Part shown: one piece after another, positions 13,640 through 27,432 of the stretch
How positions within the stretch are numbered: position 1 is the stretch's first letter
Layout of the letters: each line of letters opens with the position of its first letter
Assembly (NCBI RefSeq): GCF_009914755.1
Contig: NC_060940.1
Length of the DNA stretch: 64,000 nucleotides
Strand: one strand, 5' to 3'
Origin: the human T2T-CHM13v2.0 reference genome, Homo sapiens
The notes under the pieces: generated by a model
Databases searched by the model: none
Seen by the model: the letters and a program-made list of their open reading frames with translations, nothing else
Told to the model about the DNA's origin: nothing
Program-made: the position numbers and the translations under genes

Positions 13640-14945
13640 ATCTAACAAAGAACACTTATTCATAATATATAAAGAACTCTTTCAAATCAATAAGAAAAAG
13701 GCAAGGAATATTTTTTAGATGGGGAAAATACATAAATAAATGCTCAAATTCACTAGTAATCAGAGAAATTAACACAAAGGTATATATATCACAACCTACC
13801 CAAAACAATAGGAAAGGGAAAAGGAAGAAGAAAGGGCCTAAGGAAAGAAGGAAGAAAGAGATGAAAGGAGAATATGAAGGAATAGACAATAGCAAGTGTT
13901 GATGAGGATTTACAGTAACTGGAAATCTTCCACACTTCTGGTAGAAATATTATATAGTATAACCACTTTGAAAAACTGCTTATCAATAGCCTCTTCAGCT
14001 GAACTTCTATATCCCGTTACCCAGTAATTCTACTCCAAGCTCAAATGTACATACGCATAAGAATGTTCATATGTTCACTAAAAGACATGTACAAAATGTA
14101 CATTTTCTAAAATGTTCAGAGCAACACGTTTTTATTTATATGTTACTTATTTTATTATATTATACTTATTTATTTATTATTAGAAATGTTCTTGCTCTGT
14201 TACTTAGGCTGGAGTACGGTGACAAGATCACAGCTCACTGAACCCTCAAATACCTGTACTCCAGCGATCCTCTTACTTCAGCCTCTTGAGTAGCTAGAAC
14301 TACAGGCGCACTTCACCAGGCCTGGCTATTTTTTTTTTTTTTTAATTTTTTTGTAGAGATGATGTCTCAGTATGTTGCCCAGACTCTCCTGGAACTTCTG
14401 GCCTCAAACCATCCTCCCACCTCAGACTCCCAAAGTGCTAGGATTACAGGCATGAACCACTACACCCAGCCAGCAACATGATTTTTTAGTAGTAAAAAGC
14501 TGTAAACAGTCTAAATGCCCATCAGTAGTGGAATAAATAAATTATGGCACTCTCACACAATGGACTACAATACAATATTGAGAATGAAGGAACACTAGCT
14601 ACACAATGCAAGATGAATGAATCTTACAAAGATAAAATTAAGCAAAATCAATTCAACACAAAAGAGTAGATACACTGTGATGCTATTTATATAAAGCTTA
14701 AAAATCAGCAGAACTAATCTATGGTGCTAGAAGTCTGGGTAGAAGTGAGCAGGAAGGGTATTGATTGGAAGAGGTGGCAAAAGGGAAGTTTTAAGGAGAG
14801 GGAATGCTGGTAGTTTTGTATGATTATTATTGATGGTAATAACTAGGCTGGGCTCATTTTATAAACATTTATTGGCTTTTATGAGTTATGACATTTTCTG
14901 CATGTACTTTATATTCCATTAAAATTTATCTCAAAAATAAAATTA
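13640..14945 (+). mobile_element. L1ME-type LINE 3' end, interrupted by AluJ
   Basis: ORF2 C-terminal/3'UTR motifs: caagtgttgatgaggatt...aaccactttgaaaaactg...ctaaatgcccatcagtagtggaataaataaattatgg...aactaatctatggtgctagaagtc. Confidence 0.8.
14130..14471 (-). mobile_element. AluJ (Jo-like)
   Basis: gatcacagctcactg...gcctcaaaccatcctcccacctcag, AT-rich tail, TSD agcaacacg/agcaacatg. Confidence 0.9.
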
Positions 14946-15268
14946 AATGTTGGTATAAAAGACCTTTGCACCAATAAGAGTATTTCTCAAATTTAAGTAC
15001 ATAGACGAATGATTTTATAAAAAGGAAAATGTTTCTATTTACATAAAGGTCAAAGGATTCAATTTATCAATAGACACCATTGTGAATGATAGTTAATTTA
15101 AGAAACTGCAATCTTAGTATTTAAACCTGTTTTCAATTAATGTAACCACAGCAAATGAGAAGTTTAATCATTCTAAATTATAAAATGTATTTCTTGAATT
15201 ATGACTGTTTTAATCTTACTAGTTTTTTTTTCTTTTTTTTTTTGTCTACAGTTTAAAGAAGCACTTAC

Positions 15269-15620
15269 TGTAGCAGTCTGGATAGGCTAGGATACACAAT
15301 GGAAAACTAAATCTCAAGACCTCAAAATAACAAGGTTTGTTTCTTACTCAGAGCTTCATGTCCATCCTGGGTCATTGGGGGACTCAACTCTATATCATCC
15401 TATTGTAGGATCTAGGTTTTTGGAGAGGCTGGAGAGGCCACCAGTTTTGCTGGTCACTATGGGCAGATAGAGAGTGCAGTAAATGATTCACTGCTTTTTA
15501 ATGTTTTGCCCTAAAAGTGACACCCATCAGCACCACTCACATTTTAGTACCCAAAACAAGTCCAATGGCCATACCCAACACCAGTGAGGAAGAGAACTAC
15601 AGTTCTGTCCTCCATTTGAA
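15269..15620 (-). mobile_element. Old MLT1 (J/I-like) MaLR LTR
   Basis: gtctggataggctaggat...caaaataacaaggtttgtttcttactca...aaagtgacacccatcagcaccactcacatttt...caagtccaatggccatacccaac. Confidence 0.6.
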
Positions 15621-16224
15621 AGTAAACTTCAGTTACCGAGAGACTCAGTGACTTAGAATCCATCAATTTGTTCTCACATCTACAAGCCTAATCAGAGTGC
15701 TTTAACAGTGGTGTGATCAAATAATACTGGGAACACATCCCAGATACATGCGGGGCAATTGCACTTGTTTCACCTACCACTGAAGTCTCAATGTTTGGCA
15801 GAATGCCTGACGCACGCCCCGTGCTCCCTGAATGCTTGCTGAATTTATGAAGACAGTTGACAAAATGAATTCAATGCAAAGGGTATAAATATCCCTTATA
15901 CAAAGATACAAAAAAAAATAAGATTATGTTTCAAAAAGACTGAAAAAGCATCTATTAGAGAGGGGATAAAAGCAGAAAACAAAATGGAAGACCAAAGGGG
16001 TGTCATACATAAAGACAGAAAAGTAGAAAAGTACATAGTGGCCAAATGCAAATGACTACAATGGCCCAAATATGTATTGTAAATGAGCAAAATGGCCCAA
16101 AGATAAGATAATAGGGAGATGTAGGGACTGTGGAAAACAGAAGACCTTACTCTTCTCAGTTCAGTTATTTCTCATTTCCAGCGAATTATTGTCATCCAGG
16201 AACCCACTGTTCCAGATCTTTCAG

Positions 16225-16225
16225 G

Positions 16226-16267
<42 letters not shown>

Positions 16268-16544
16268 GGACGGAATCGCCCAGGCTGGAGTGCAGCGGGG
16301 TGACCTCGGCTCACTGCATGCTCCGCCTCCTGGGTTCACGCCATTCTCCTGCTTCAGGCCTCAGACTCCCGAGTAGCTGGGACTACAGGCGCCCGCCACC
16401 ATGCCCGGCTAATTTTTTGTATTTTTAGTGGAGATGGGGTTTCACTGTATTAGCCAGGATGGTCTCAATCTCCTGACCTTGTAATTCACCCGCCTCGGCC
16501 TCCCAAAGTGCTGGTATTACAGGCGTGAGCCACCGCGCCCAGCC
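16225..16544 (-). mobile_element. AluY with (GTT)14 tail
   Basis: AluY diagnostics gggttcacgccattctcctg and tagccaggatggtctc, many CpGs retained, exact 13-bp TSD ccagatctttcag (16212-16224; 16547-16559). Confidence 0.95.
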
Positions 16545-18249
16545 AGCCAGATCTTTCAGTTCTTTAGAGTGTTTACAAAGATTTTTAAGTAAAATATCTC
16601 AATTTTCAAACACGAAATAAGCCAAACGAAACAATTTTTCTCACCAGATTTACACTCTGGGCTGTTGATGGGTAATGACCTCACTCTCATTACAAGTGAA
16701 ATAATAGGGAACAGTGATTGAAGAAAGTAGTGATCCCACTGACATTAAAGGCTGAAATCTGGTTGCAGAGGACTTTATTTTTTGAAAAATCTTCAACATT
16801 TTCATCTGAATTTTACAGAAAGGTCAATAAAATTCAATGCAACTTGAAAACTTACATAAAGTTATATTTTAATGGTTCTAAAATAAATCCTGGATTCAAA
16901 ACCTCCCAAACAGTCATTGTTTCCTGCCTATAAGACAAAGACAAAGATTGTTTTCTCAGTTCACATTGCTGATTTTGCGGGATAATAGTTCACGGGCATT
17001 GACAATAAAAAATGGAACATGCACCATGAGTGTTTTGCTGTTCCTGCTGTTGTTGAAATACTCAAGACTATTTGGCTTTCATCATCATCAAACACTTATT
17101 GTGCAAATATAATGCAAAAGTTTCAGTCCAAATGAAGGAGATAGAGTAAGGTCAAAAATGTTCCCATAACCTAAACATTTTAGAACCAAGTTAAAAACAT
17201 TCTCTCATTAAGTATTTAATTTAATTATTTTTCAGTGCTTAGGGCTAATAGAGCCTGAACACATAGTTCTCCTTAATTTCATTAGCAGGCATTTATGAGT
17301 CCCTGCTGTGGGTGGATATGGAAGAAATATAAACTTCAAGGTATTTTTCTTTCTTATTAAGATAAAATGCAAAACAATTCATCGTAAATTTCAGGGTCAA
17401 AATAGAGTAATCTTTTGAGGCTGCTTCTGGGAAGTATTCCTCACCTTCCCCGTTCAACAGAAGGAGGCATTAGTCCAAATTTCTGCAACTAAAATTCATC
17501 CAGGGGACACACTTTGATTTGAACACATACTAAAATATTTCTGGGATATTAACTCCTCAATTCTAAAGAGAGCTTCAAAGCAGTCACTTAAGCCTAAATT
17601 TAGAATTTATTTCCATTGTTTCCTATTCTTATCCATTATCCCTAATGGTTGAAGGTATTGAAAACATAAGGATTTAGTCAGAAAAGAGGAAAAGTTTGTA
17701 GTCTTCTTTTACAGAATTCATACAGCCATTATAAATTGTGCAATTCCTATTGAATTGCACACATCTAGGGTTTTGTTTGATTGAAAAGTTCATTGTGACT
17801 ATGAATGGAGGGCTCCATCTTTGTTTTTTCATCCCCAACTTATAACACCCTCAAAAGCTTGCAAGGTATGTAGCTAGGGAGAGGTGAATTCCGTTTCCTG
17901 TGGGTTTTCTGTAGAAATCCCTTTTTGGATTGTACAGATGAACCTCACTCTGAAAAACAAGAAGAAATGATGGATACTTATCCCAAATGACATGGTAGAC
18001 CCTGAAGTAATGAGCGTTTACTCAGTTCAATAGCTTATTCCCATCCAGATGTTCCAGGTGCAGGTTCAGTGGGTTTAGTGAGCATGAATAGATCTATTCC
18101 ACACATAAGAAGTTAAAAAGAGAAGAGGCCACTGAAGAACGTACTTTTCCAAAAAATTCCTGCCTCTCCTGACCTTGCAGAGGGTAGAAATATGAGGACA
18201 ATGTTCCTAACATTTGTCTTATTTTGTCCCCAGTTCATTTGGGCTCTGG

Positions 18250-18470
18250 CATTAGACTGAATGGGAGGAAAATCTAGCTTCATCATGTATTAATTTAAGT
18301 GACATTGTGTGAGTCACTTAATCTAACTGCACCTCAATTTCATCAGTAGAAAGGGGTTATAATAATAACTACCTTGTAGGACTGTGGTATGAACCAAGAA
18401 AATGTCTGTTAAGTGCATCATACAGTACTTTGTACAAAATAAGAATTTAATAACTGCTGTTATTATCAGT
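18250..18470 (+). mobile_element. MIR SINE relic
   Basis: gtgacattgtgtgagtcacttaatctaactgcacctcaatttcatcagtagaaaggggttataataataactacct. Confidence 0.7.
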
Positions 18471-18710
18471 GTTTAATTGTTATTGTTATTATTAATATTT
18501 TGTTTTCAAATTAGGGGGTGGTTCACTATAACTGCAAATGAATTTAAACTTGAGAATTTCTTTGAACATTTGTCTTTTTTTTAGATTTATTCAAGAAATG
18601 TAAGCTTGTTTATCCCAAACTTCAAATATTCCCACAACTAAAGGTGGCTCTTGCAGGCCCTTCTGGTTTTGATAGGTCTTAGGACATTGCTTCACTAAGG
18701 TGTTTTGGGA

Positions 18711-18759
18711 AACACACACACACACGCACATGCACACACACACACAGCAGCAGCAGCAA
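18711..18759. repeat. (CA)n followed by short (CAG)n
   Basis: Direct reading of the sequence. Confidence 0.85.
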
Positions 18760-20173
18760 GTTCATGGTTCTATTTCCACCCATTTATGCATTTATTATGC
18801 AAACGCGTATTGCATATGATGGCTCTGTACTTTATCTCAAGATTGCCTTGGCTATAATCTCTAAAAGGATAACTTTTGTGTGTCTTAGATGCATGTTATG
18901 CATGTGTGGAGGGAGGTGGTAAGGGCATATAATTTTTAAGATTGTTCACTTTCAGGGGGAATTACTTTAAAGCAAAGTTAAGGGGGTAGTGTGAAGGCTT
19001 TTGAAAGTGGTAGGCAGCCACTGCAAACAACCACCTTTCACAGACGTTACTCTCTCTACGGGAGCCAAAGTTCTGGCTGCCAGGTCACTGCCCCTGCTTT
19101 TGGCTACTAGCCTGGTCCAGCTTTGGCCAGTCATCTCTAGTAGCTTGATGGAATTGCCTTTTCCTGGGGCTTCACTCCTGCGACATTAATTGACATCTGA
19201 TTTCTTCCTGAGATTTTGACTGGCAACCCATTCCCGAGTTTAGCTTCAAGTGCTTCTCTAGGAAGCAGGAGCGCTCACCCCAGCCCTACTTATCCACAAG
19301 GGATGTTTTCTCTTTACAGAATTAATTGCAATTCAGGGACCACGTTGCAGTTATTGATCTCCAGATCTGTGTGTCTGAAGTTTGATATCTCCTTTGTCTT
19401 TGCTTCTCTTTCCCTGTGTACATTTTCCTAGACCAATATAGGTTTCTAATTAAAGGAATCGTATTATTCCTTAGTTCCCGGCTTACTGGATGCAGCAGTC
19501 TCCTCTGGAGCTCATGCCTAGAAGGCGTTTAGCTGAGTCTAGTTAGTGTCTCCACAGTAAATTGATCACATTCTGCCAATGTTCATTTTCCATAACCCAC
19601 TTGTATTCAGGGTTGATCTATTTTAAAAATGTGAAATGACGATCATTTAACAGCTGTTGTGAAAACCATTTACAAAGAACTGTTTTTAGTTATCTTCACT
19701 AAAGCAGAGCTCACTGATAGGATCCCTTCTAGTCATCTCTCTGAACCTTGATATATCAACAAGCCATGGTATTGATTAACCCACTTGCACATAACAGGCA
19801 GCATAGCATGAAACAAACAAATGCAAATAAACGTCATGGGATATGTGGGCAAACAGATCTGGATTCAAGTCCCTGTTTTCAGCTCCTTGAAAATTGTAGG
19901 AACTGAATCAAGTATCATAACCTCCGAGTGTCTCACGTTACTCATTCACACATTTGGTATTGTCTACATTGAGGAATTACATTGAATATTAAATTGTATC
20001 AAATACACACACATCATTAAATTATATTGTGTATGTGTGGGATCTTGTTCCTAGTAAATACCTGATCAAAAGAATAACTATCATCATTATTCTTCACTGT
20101 GAAAAAAGGAACATTTTCTTGGGACAAAAGTTAACGTGAACTAAGGTTTAAGGCTGGTGTTAAAAAATAAAAA

Positions 20174-20429
20174 GGCCAGGCACGGTGGCTCACACTTGTA
20201 ATCCCAGCACTTCAGGAGGCCGAATCAGGTGGATCACCTGAGGTCAGGAGTTTGAGACCATCCTGGCCAACATGGTGAAACCCCATCTCTACTAAAACTA
20301 CAAAAATTAATCTCAGCTACTCAGGAGGCTGAGGCAGAAGAATGGCTTGAACCTGGGATGTGGAGGTTGCAGTGAGCCAAGATCACGCCATTGCACTCCA
20401 GCCTGGGCAACAGAGCAAGACTCTGTCTC

Positions 20430-20468
<39 letters not shown>
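20174..20468 (+). mobile_element. AluS with internal deletion and A/(TA)n tail
   Basis: ggccaggcacggtggctcac start. The beginning of the right monomer is missing (caaaaattaatctcagctac). Confidence 0.95.
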
Positions 20469-20470
<2 letters not shown>

Positions 20471-21649
20471 GGATATATAGAGGAAAATAACTTCAAAATT
20501 CTTTAGACTGATAAATATGAGATCAACTCCTAAAATGCCCACCAAACTCAAGACTGCCTGGGTGCATCAACTGGGATCTTTAGTGCCTATGAAATTGACT
20601 TAAAATCATGGTGCCTCTTGAAGCTATGCATCCAAATCAGAAAGAAATCAGCCCTAGACCTTAGCTTCCTCCTTATGCTCCCTTGCTGCTATTTATGTAA
20701 GAGTCTATGAGCTGCAGTGCTTGAAATTACAGCCCTGAAAATTTGGGCTAGATCTTGTTGTTCTCTGTAATGTTGCTTCCAATCTCCTGCCCCTGACCAG
20801 CTCCATGGAGCTATACCAAGGCTCCCACTTAAGTTTACCTCCAGCCCCACCAACGTCTTAAAGTACTCTATCATTCACTCTCAGACAGGGAACTAAAAGT
20901 AGCTGCTGGCTTCAACCGTTTGCTTGATAAGGAAAAACAAAATTGAGAGAGAGAACAGAAATGATGACAGTTCCCCCTTCCATCCAGGTCTATACCAAAG
21001 ACCTTCTCCAAGGGTAATGCCTGATTCAATTAGGCTCACCTGATTACATCATCCAAGCTCCCGGAAGGGTCTGCACATGCTGATGTGTAGCCGGGCTCCT
21101 GCCCAGCTACTACTATCTCCTACTTGATGTCCCTCCATGCTCCAGAATCTTCTGTCAAATGTGAGAGTCCAATTCATTGTGTTTCAGGCAAGTGGCAAAA
21201 GAGGCTTTCTGACAAGAGCTTATTAGAGGCAGCTCTGGTGAGACTCTGCTGTTCAGAGAACCACAATAACTGACAGATTGGCTTTCAAGTTAGACACTTT
21301 GCACACAAATTCCAAAGCATCTGTACACTTCAGATTGTGTGTCACTCAGAGGGACTACCATGTAAAAGTCTCCATGTATCCTGATGTTTAAGGCCCAAAG
21401 TGACTGTGCCCAAAGCCATCTTAGTCTCTTTTTGTCCTTCCCTCACCTGCAGCCACATCAAATTTTCTTGCCTACCTAACCGAGGCATTGTTAACTCCAC
21501 AAAAAAGTTACCATGGTTTTATTGTTTACAATTTCTGAAGTGTCCCAAAGTCTTTGCTCCCTTCATTTGTGCAGTTATCCAATACATAAAGATCAGTCTA
21601 AAATCGCATCTACTGCTAAAGATTTTCTGTAAATTTCGTATTTTTTTAA

Positions 21650-21927
21650 ATTATTGTTATTTATTTATTTAGTGAAATGGAGTCTCGTTCTGTCGCCCAT
21701 ACTGGAGTGCTGTGGTGCAATCCAGACTCACTGCAACCCCCGCCTCCCAGGTTCAAACGATTCTCCTGTCTCATCCTCCTGAGTAGCTGGGATTACTGGT
21801 GCCCACCACCATGCCTGGCTAATTTTGTATTTTTAGTAGAGATGGGGTTTCACCATGTTGGCCAGGCTGGTCTGGATCTCCTGACCTCAGATGATCTGCC
21901 CACCTCAGTCTCCCAAAGTGCTGGGAT
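21650..21927 (-). mobile_element. AluSx-like, lacking the first ~25 nt
   Basis: Reverse Alu that stops at tcccaaagtgctgggat. Confidence 0.9.
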
Positions 21928-21989
21928 GTATTTATTTATCTTTTTAATAAAACCTGTAGCCCTATATCTGTTCATTTCCTATGACATGA

Positions 21990-22180
21990 CATATTTAAAT
22001 ATATATATTTAATATTTTATAATTATATAACATATAACTATATTACTCATGTTTAATATATTAATAAATATATGAAATATTATATGTGACTATATTAGAT
22101 GACTGCAGAATATATTAATACATATATGAAATGCAGATTAACAAATATATAAAATAATATATTTAATATATATTTTGGTG
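21990..22180. repeat. AT-rich low-complexity tract
   Basis: Degenerate TA-rich sequence followed by (GAT)n. Confidence 0.8.
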
Positions 22181-23643
22181 ATAATAAAAATGATGATGAT
22201 GATGGTGACTATAATAATAATGGTCATTTAGGTGCTTGTTTTATTTTCAATATTAAAAGGTGAAGTTCTTGGAGGAGGAACTGAGTATATTTTAATGGTT
22301 TTTTTCTTCTTCGGCATGTAAAATGGCATATAATAGGTGCTCAACAATACTGATTGAATTGGATTGAGTAATGCATAGATAAAACTTGAAGCAATCCATG
22401 CTCTTGGTATATTTGGGTTTTGAAACTTTAGAGTTGTTTTCATTGCAAAGACTTTTCTTTAGACCTTCTCTTTATCTTTCAAAAATGATTGTATCTTTGG
22501 AAACTATCAAAGTAAGGGTAATTGAAGGCTTGCAAATGCAAAAGATATAGGCTTTACATTTTGAACAATTTCTTTACATCAATTTTCTTGTATTATTTTA
22601 TGACTAAGATCTCTTATCTAAGCCCAAGCTAAGAGCGTATAAAGCGGAGATTATTCATAGGTATTCTGAATCCCATTTGGCATTCAGAATTCTGATTATT
22701 TCTATTGTATCTAGCACACTATTTCTTTCTTTAAAAAAGTAAAATAAATGTAGCAAGAAGCACTCCTAAAAAAAAAAAAGGATAGTGGATATCTAATAAA
22801 AATGATTGTGGCCATTAAGATGCTCATTGTGCTACCTCATTGGAACTTCCTTGAATTTTGATCCCTGGAAAATTAAAGTACAGGGAGGCAAGGAAAGTAG
22901 GTTATTATTTCCTGTGCACCACTGCATCTCATTTCCCCATGAAGACGGAATGAACTAGGAGCCAACCATGACATCACAGGGAAGTAGAGAAGGAAGAGTG
23001 GCTGTGGAAATAGTCATGATACGAATCACATGGTACACAATTTCAATAGCAGGAAAAAATGGTGCACCTGTAAATCTTCTCCAGCCCTCAAAGTAGAGCA
23101 GCGTTTTCATGTGTGTGTAAGTGAGTTTTGTTGTTGGTGGTGGTGTTTTCAGTCTACAGGACCTTGAAGTAAATATACTAAAAAATGCTTTCTGAGATCT
23201 CATATGCTGATGACTTAAAGTGATACATTTTTTTTTTAATTTTTGGAATAGACATTCAGAGATTTTGGGGAGGGAGGTAGATCTGCTTGTTTTGAAGCCA
23301 TGGGAAAGGAATGGTTATTTTCACCTAGCCTCTCTTCTTCTACCATACTTCTCAGGGGTACCTACTGTAACTGGAGCCAAAATAGAGAAGTACCCACCAA
23401 TCAGGTGCCATATTTTGTCATCTTAGTTAGAGGAAATAAATATCTAAGCAGCTCAACCAATCCAGATGTGGCATATCCAATTTGGCTTTTTCAGGCTAGA
23501 TTGTGATATATGCATAACAGTGAAATAGCATACAATATTTGTATAACATTTGTTCTACTCAACTATTTGGTAATGTGACCCAGGATGCACTATGGTGTTC
23601 CTGTGTTTCTCAGTAATTTGGAAATGTGTCTATGAGATTTAGA

Positions 23644-23852
23644 CAAACGATTCTCAACTAAGATCAATTTTCCACCCAAGAGACTTCAGAGTATGTCTGG
23701 AAATATTTCTGACTCTCACATGTTGGAGGATTCTTTGGCATCTAGTAGTTAGTGCCAGGGAGGCTGGTAAAAATATTTAAATGCATAGGACATGCCCCCA
23801 CAACAAAATTATCTGATCCAAAATGTCAATAGTGCCCAGTAGGAAAACCTGT
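23644..23852 (+). mobile_element. MER20 hAT-Charlie DNA transposon relic
   Basis: ttctcaac...atgtctggaaatatttctgactctcaca...ggcatctagtag...catgcccccacaacaaaattatctgatccaaaatgtcaatagtgcc. Confidence 0.8.
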
Positions 23853-23859
23853 GCTACTG

Positions 23860-24020
23860 CCCTTCTTCCCAAGTGATGGTCTGTCTACCAGCAGCATCAG
23901 CATCACCTGGAGGCTTATTAGAAATGCACTGTCTCATCTTGCCCCCCAAACTGAATCAGAATCTTGGAGTAAGGCTTCAGTGGATTCATAAGCTCATTAC
24001 AGTTTCAGAAGCAGTAGTTT
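23860..24020. mobile_element. MER5A hAT-Charlie relic
   Basis: accagcagcatcagcatcacctggaggcttattagaaatgca...ctgaatcagaatct. Confidence 0.75.
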
Positions 24021-24369
24021 GGAGTGGTTGTTATCTACTCTTACTAAATCACAAAGTTGCCTGAGTACCTCTCAAATAAAAATAAAAATTAACCACATGT
24101 TGCCATAACCTTGGAGATTATGCTTCACTCATCTGGGATGGTGATCCTAGCAGCAATAGTTTCTAAAAGCTTTTTAAGTTATCTTAATATGACACCAGGG
24201 TCTAGACCCATTGGTCTGAAGTAGCTCAGAGTGGGGTGAATGTGTTTAGAATGAACAGATGTCTTGAGGAGACTCTGGCTTATGCCTTTTGTACTGGTAT
24301 ATTATAGCACCACTTTTTACCCTCAAATGTGTTCTGATCTTGGAGTAAGCAACAAGTTCTTTAAAAAAT

Positions 24370-25440
24370 GCTAATTACAAAAGATTAAGATAAGTTGAAA
24401 TTTATTAAAACTAAGAACTTCTGTTTCTCAAAAGATACCATTAAAATTTTGACAAGGCACTCCATAGAATGGAAATAAGGTATTTTAATGCATATATATA
24501 ACAAATAATTTGTGTACACTAAATACACAAGTATTCACAAACTCATAAAACTTATTTTAAAAGTATAAAAAGAAAATAACAAATCAAGAAGAAAAAGACA
24601 AGACGATCTATTAGGCAAAAGACCTGGACATTCATTTCATAAAAGACACTCTGCAAATGGCTAGCCAACACATGAAAAGAAAAATTCAACTTTATATTTG
24701 AGGAAATGAAAATTTATACCACAAGAAGCTATTAATAAAAATCAATTGCAGTTGCTAAATGCTAAAGACTGGTAATACCAAGTACTGGTGAGGTAAGTGA
24801 AATTCTCCTCTTGCCTCGCAAATGGTAGAACAAATTGATACAACAACTTTGAAAATATTAGGGGTAGTTTTGTTCCAAATTTCAAACATATACATGAGCA
24901 TGCCCATGATCAATACTGCTACTTAGGCATACACCCAAAAGAAACACTCACTTATGTTCATCAAAATGCATGTATTAAATTTCCCATAGTAACATTAGTC
25001 ATCATAGTCCAATGTTGGAAACTATCCAGATGCCCAACAGTAGACTGAATAAATAAATTAACTGGGATACATTCATGACATAAAATATTACACGGCAACA
25101 AGTGTGAATGATCTTCAATTAAGCACATGATACAGATGCATCTCTCAAACATAATACTGAATGAGAGTAGCCACATACAATAGCAGGAACAATGATTAAA
25201 TTTCTGTAAAATATAAAAATCTGTAAAACTATCACATGCTACTAAAAATTTGAACAGTGGTCACCCTTGAAGAAGACCAAGCTGAAACAGAGTGTGAAGC
25301 AGAGTCTTGTTGTTCTTAACATTCTTTCTGCAGCTGGACTTTGGTATCATTAATGTGTTTGTTTGGTTACATGCATTGAATTGTATACTTAGGTGCATTC
25401 TTGAATATGTATAGTATACCTGATTTATATTTTAAGTATC
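24370..25440 (+). mobile_element. L1ME-type LINE 3' portion
   Basis: attaaaactaagaacttctgtttctcaaaagataccatt...ggcaaaagacctggacattcatttcataaaag...ggaaactatccagatgcccaacagtag...aaacataatactgaatgagagtagcca. Confidence 0.8.
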
Positions 25441-27432
25441 CCATTTTGGATAATGACATTCATAATCACCCTATTCTGATGAAATGATCTCAAGTCAATA
25501 GTACATGGCCTAAAGAGCAATCATCCAAAGTCTACGAGGGCAGCACTCCCTCTATTAAGCCTGAAGAATTCAGAAAGAACTGTAGGACAATTTCACAATG
25601 ACGCTTTTTAGTATAGCCATTCTTAACCTTGACTGCTCATTGGCATCATGTGGAGAGTCTTTAAAACTCCTGACAATTAAATCAGTAACTTTTAAAGCTC
25701 TCCAAGTGAAGCCCATGTGCGAAGGGCTGGGAACCACTATGTTCACCCCACCTCCCTGAGACTATATGGACTTGCCACGTCACACTGTTATTATGACGGT
25801 GTTTGCTGCAATTATCTGGACATTCTTAGTTTCCTTAGAACAGTCATTAACTTATTTGCTGTCTCAATAAGCATGCATTATTTACTAGGTCCTGTGTTAG
25901 GTGCTAGGTGCTAGGCTATATAAAAATAGATTGTAAACCTCAGGGAGCAAAGACCATGTCTTTTTAGTTCTATGCTATGCTATCAGTGTTAAGCACTGGT
26001 ATATATAACAGTCTTGAGAGAAACTCTGAAAAACATTCAGGAAAAACAAGAATGAAGGAAGTATTTTAGATAAAAGAAACAACAACGTGAAGGTATGGAG
26101 CCATTTCTCACCATTAAAGTGAAATGACCATCTCCTAATCCCAGGCCTTTAGGAAACTCAGCAATTTCAGAAACAGAAGATGCAACTCCAATAATAATAA
26201 TAAGTGTTGTTGTAAAGACAGTTGGATTTTGCTTTTCTTCTTTCTCTCATCATTTTATCATTAGTGCTCTAAACAGTGCCTATAGATGGTCAGTAAATAT
26301 TTTTGAATAAATTAATAATTGAACAAGTGAAAGAAAATATTCTTTCAATAAAGAAAGGATGAATTAACGTTTATTGAATAGGAAATATACTCCATCCACA
26401 TCCTAGGTACCTCATGTATTTATGCTACTTAATAGTCATGGCACAATATAAATGGTAGGCATCATTATCCTCATCTCAAAGCTTACATAAAATACAAGGC
26501 ACAGAGAATGCAAGAAATGTGCAAGGTCACAAGGCTATTTGAAAGAACCCAGATTCACAGTCTGATCAGTTGCAATTTGGTGTCCCTGCTCTGGGCATCC
26601 CACTCCACAGAAAAGTGGGACCATGGTGAGCCTGGCACGTAATCCATCCAGGTCCATCTGGCCGTGCTCTCCTCTGGGCCAAGTGCCTTCCCCATGTACC
26701 TACTTCCCTAACACCAAGCCTTGCTTTCCTCTTGTCATTCATATTTATAATTCAGCATCAAATTATCTTATTAACACCATGGTGATTAAGATATGATAGA
26801 TAGAGGGGCCACTATGGAATCAGAGGTGTTTACAGGCCAACTAAGTGGCAATCTCCCTTTTCCCAACCCTAAAGTTTTATTTGGGTCTCCTGAGGAGGAA
26901 AAAATAAATTTTGAGAATAACCATTTGTTTTGGAAAAGTAAGCTAAGAAACTGACAGGAGAAAAATGAGCAGGAAACTGCCTGGCCTTTGCTGGATTGTC
27001 CTGCTCCCTCCCTTCACCTTCTCCATCTTCATTCTCTTCCCCTTCTTCCTCTTCTTCTTGCCCATTCCCTGAGCCCTTTCCTATCTCATTAGCATTTCTC
27101 CTCTGACCAGAATCTAGATAATATTGAAAGAACCATGGCACTCAGAAATCACTTCTGTCTGGAATGAGAAGTGATGGGCTACAGGGCTACAGAGTATTTA
27201 TGGGGATTTTCAACTTTTCACTGGATAGAGATTTAAAATTCTCACTTAGAGTTGTGGATTCAATCCATTGTGAGGTTGCCTTTTGCTCTATTTTCTCCTT
27301 TTCTTAATTTCTGTATTAGTGTGGGTTTCTCAGAGAAATGGAAATAATAGGAAAGAGAGAGAGAGACAGAGACAGAGAGAGAGAGAGATTCACATACATC
27401 CATAAGCGTGCACACACACACACACACACACA

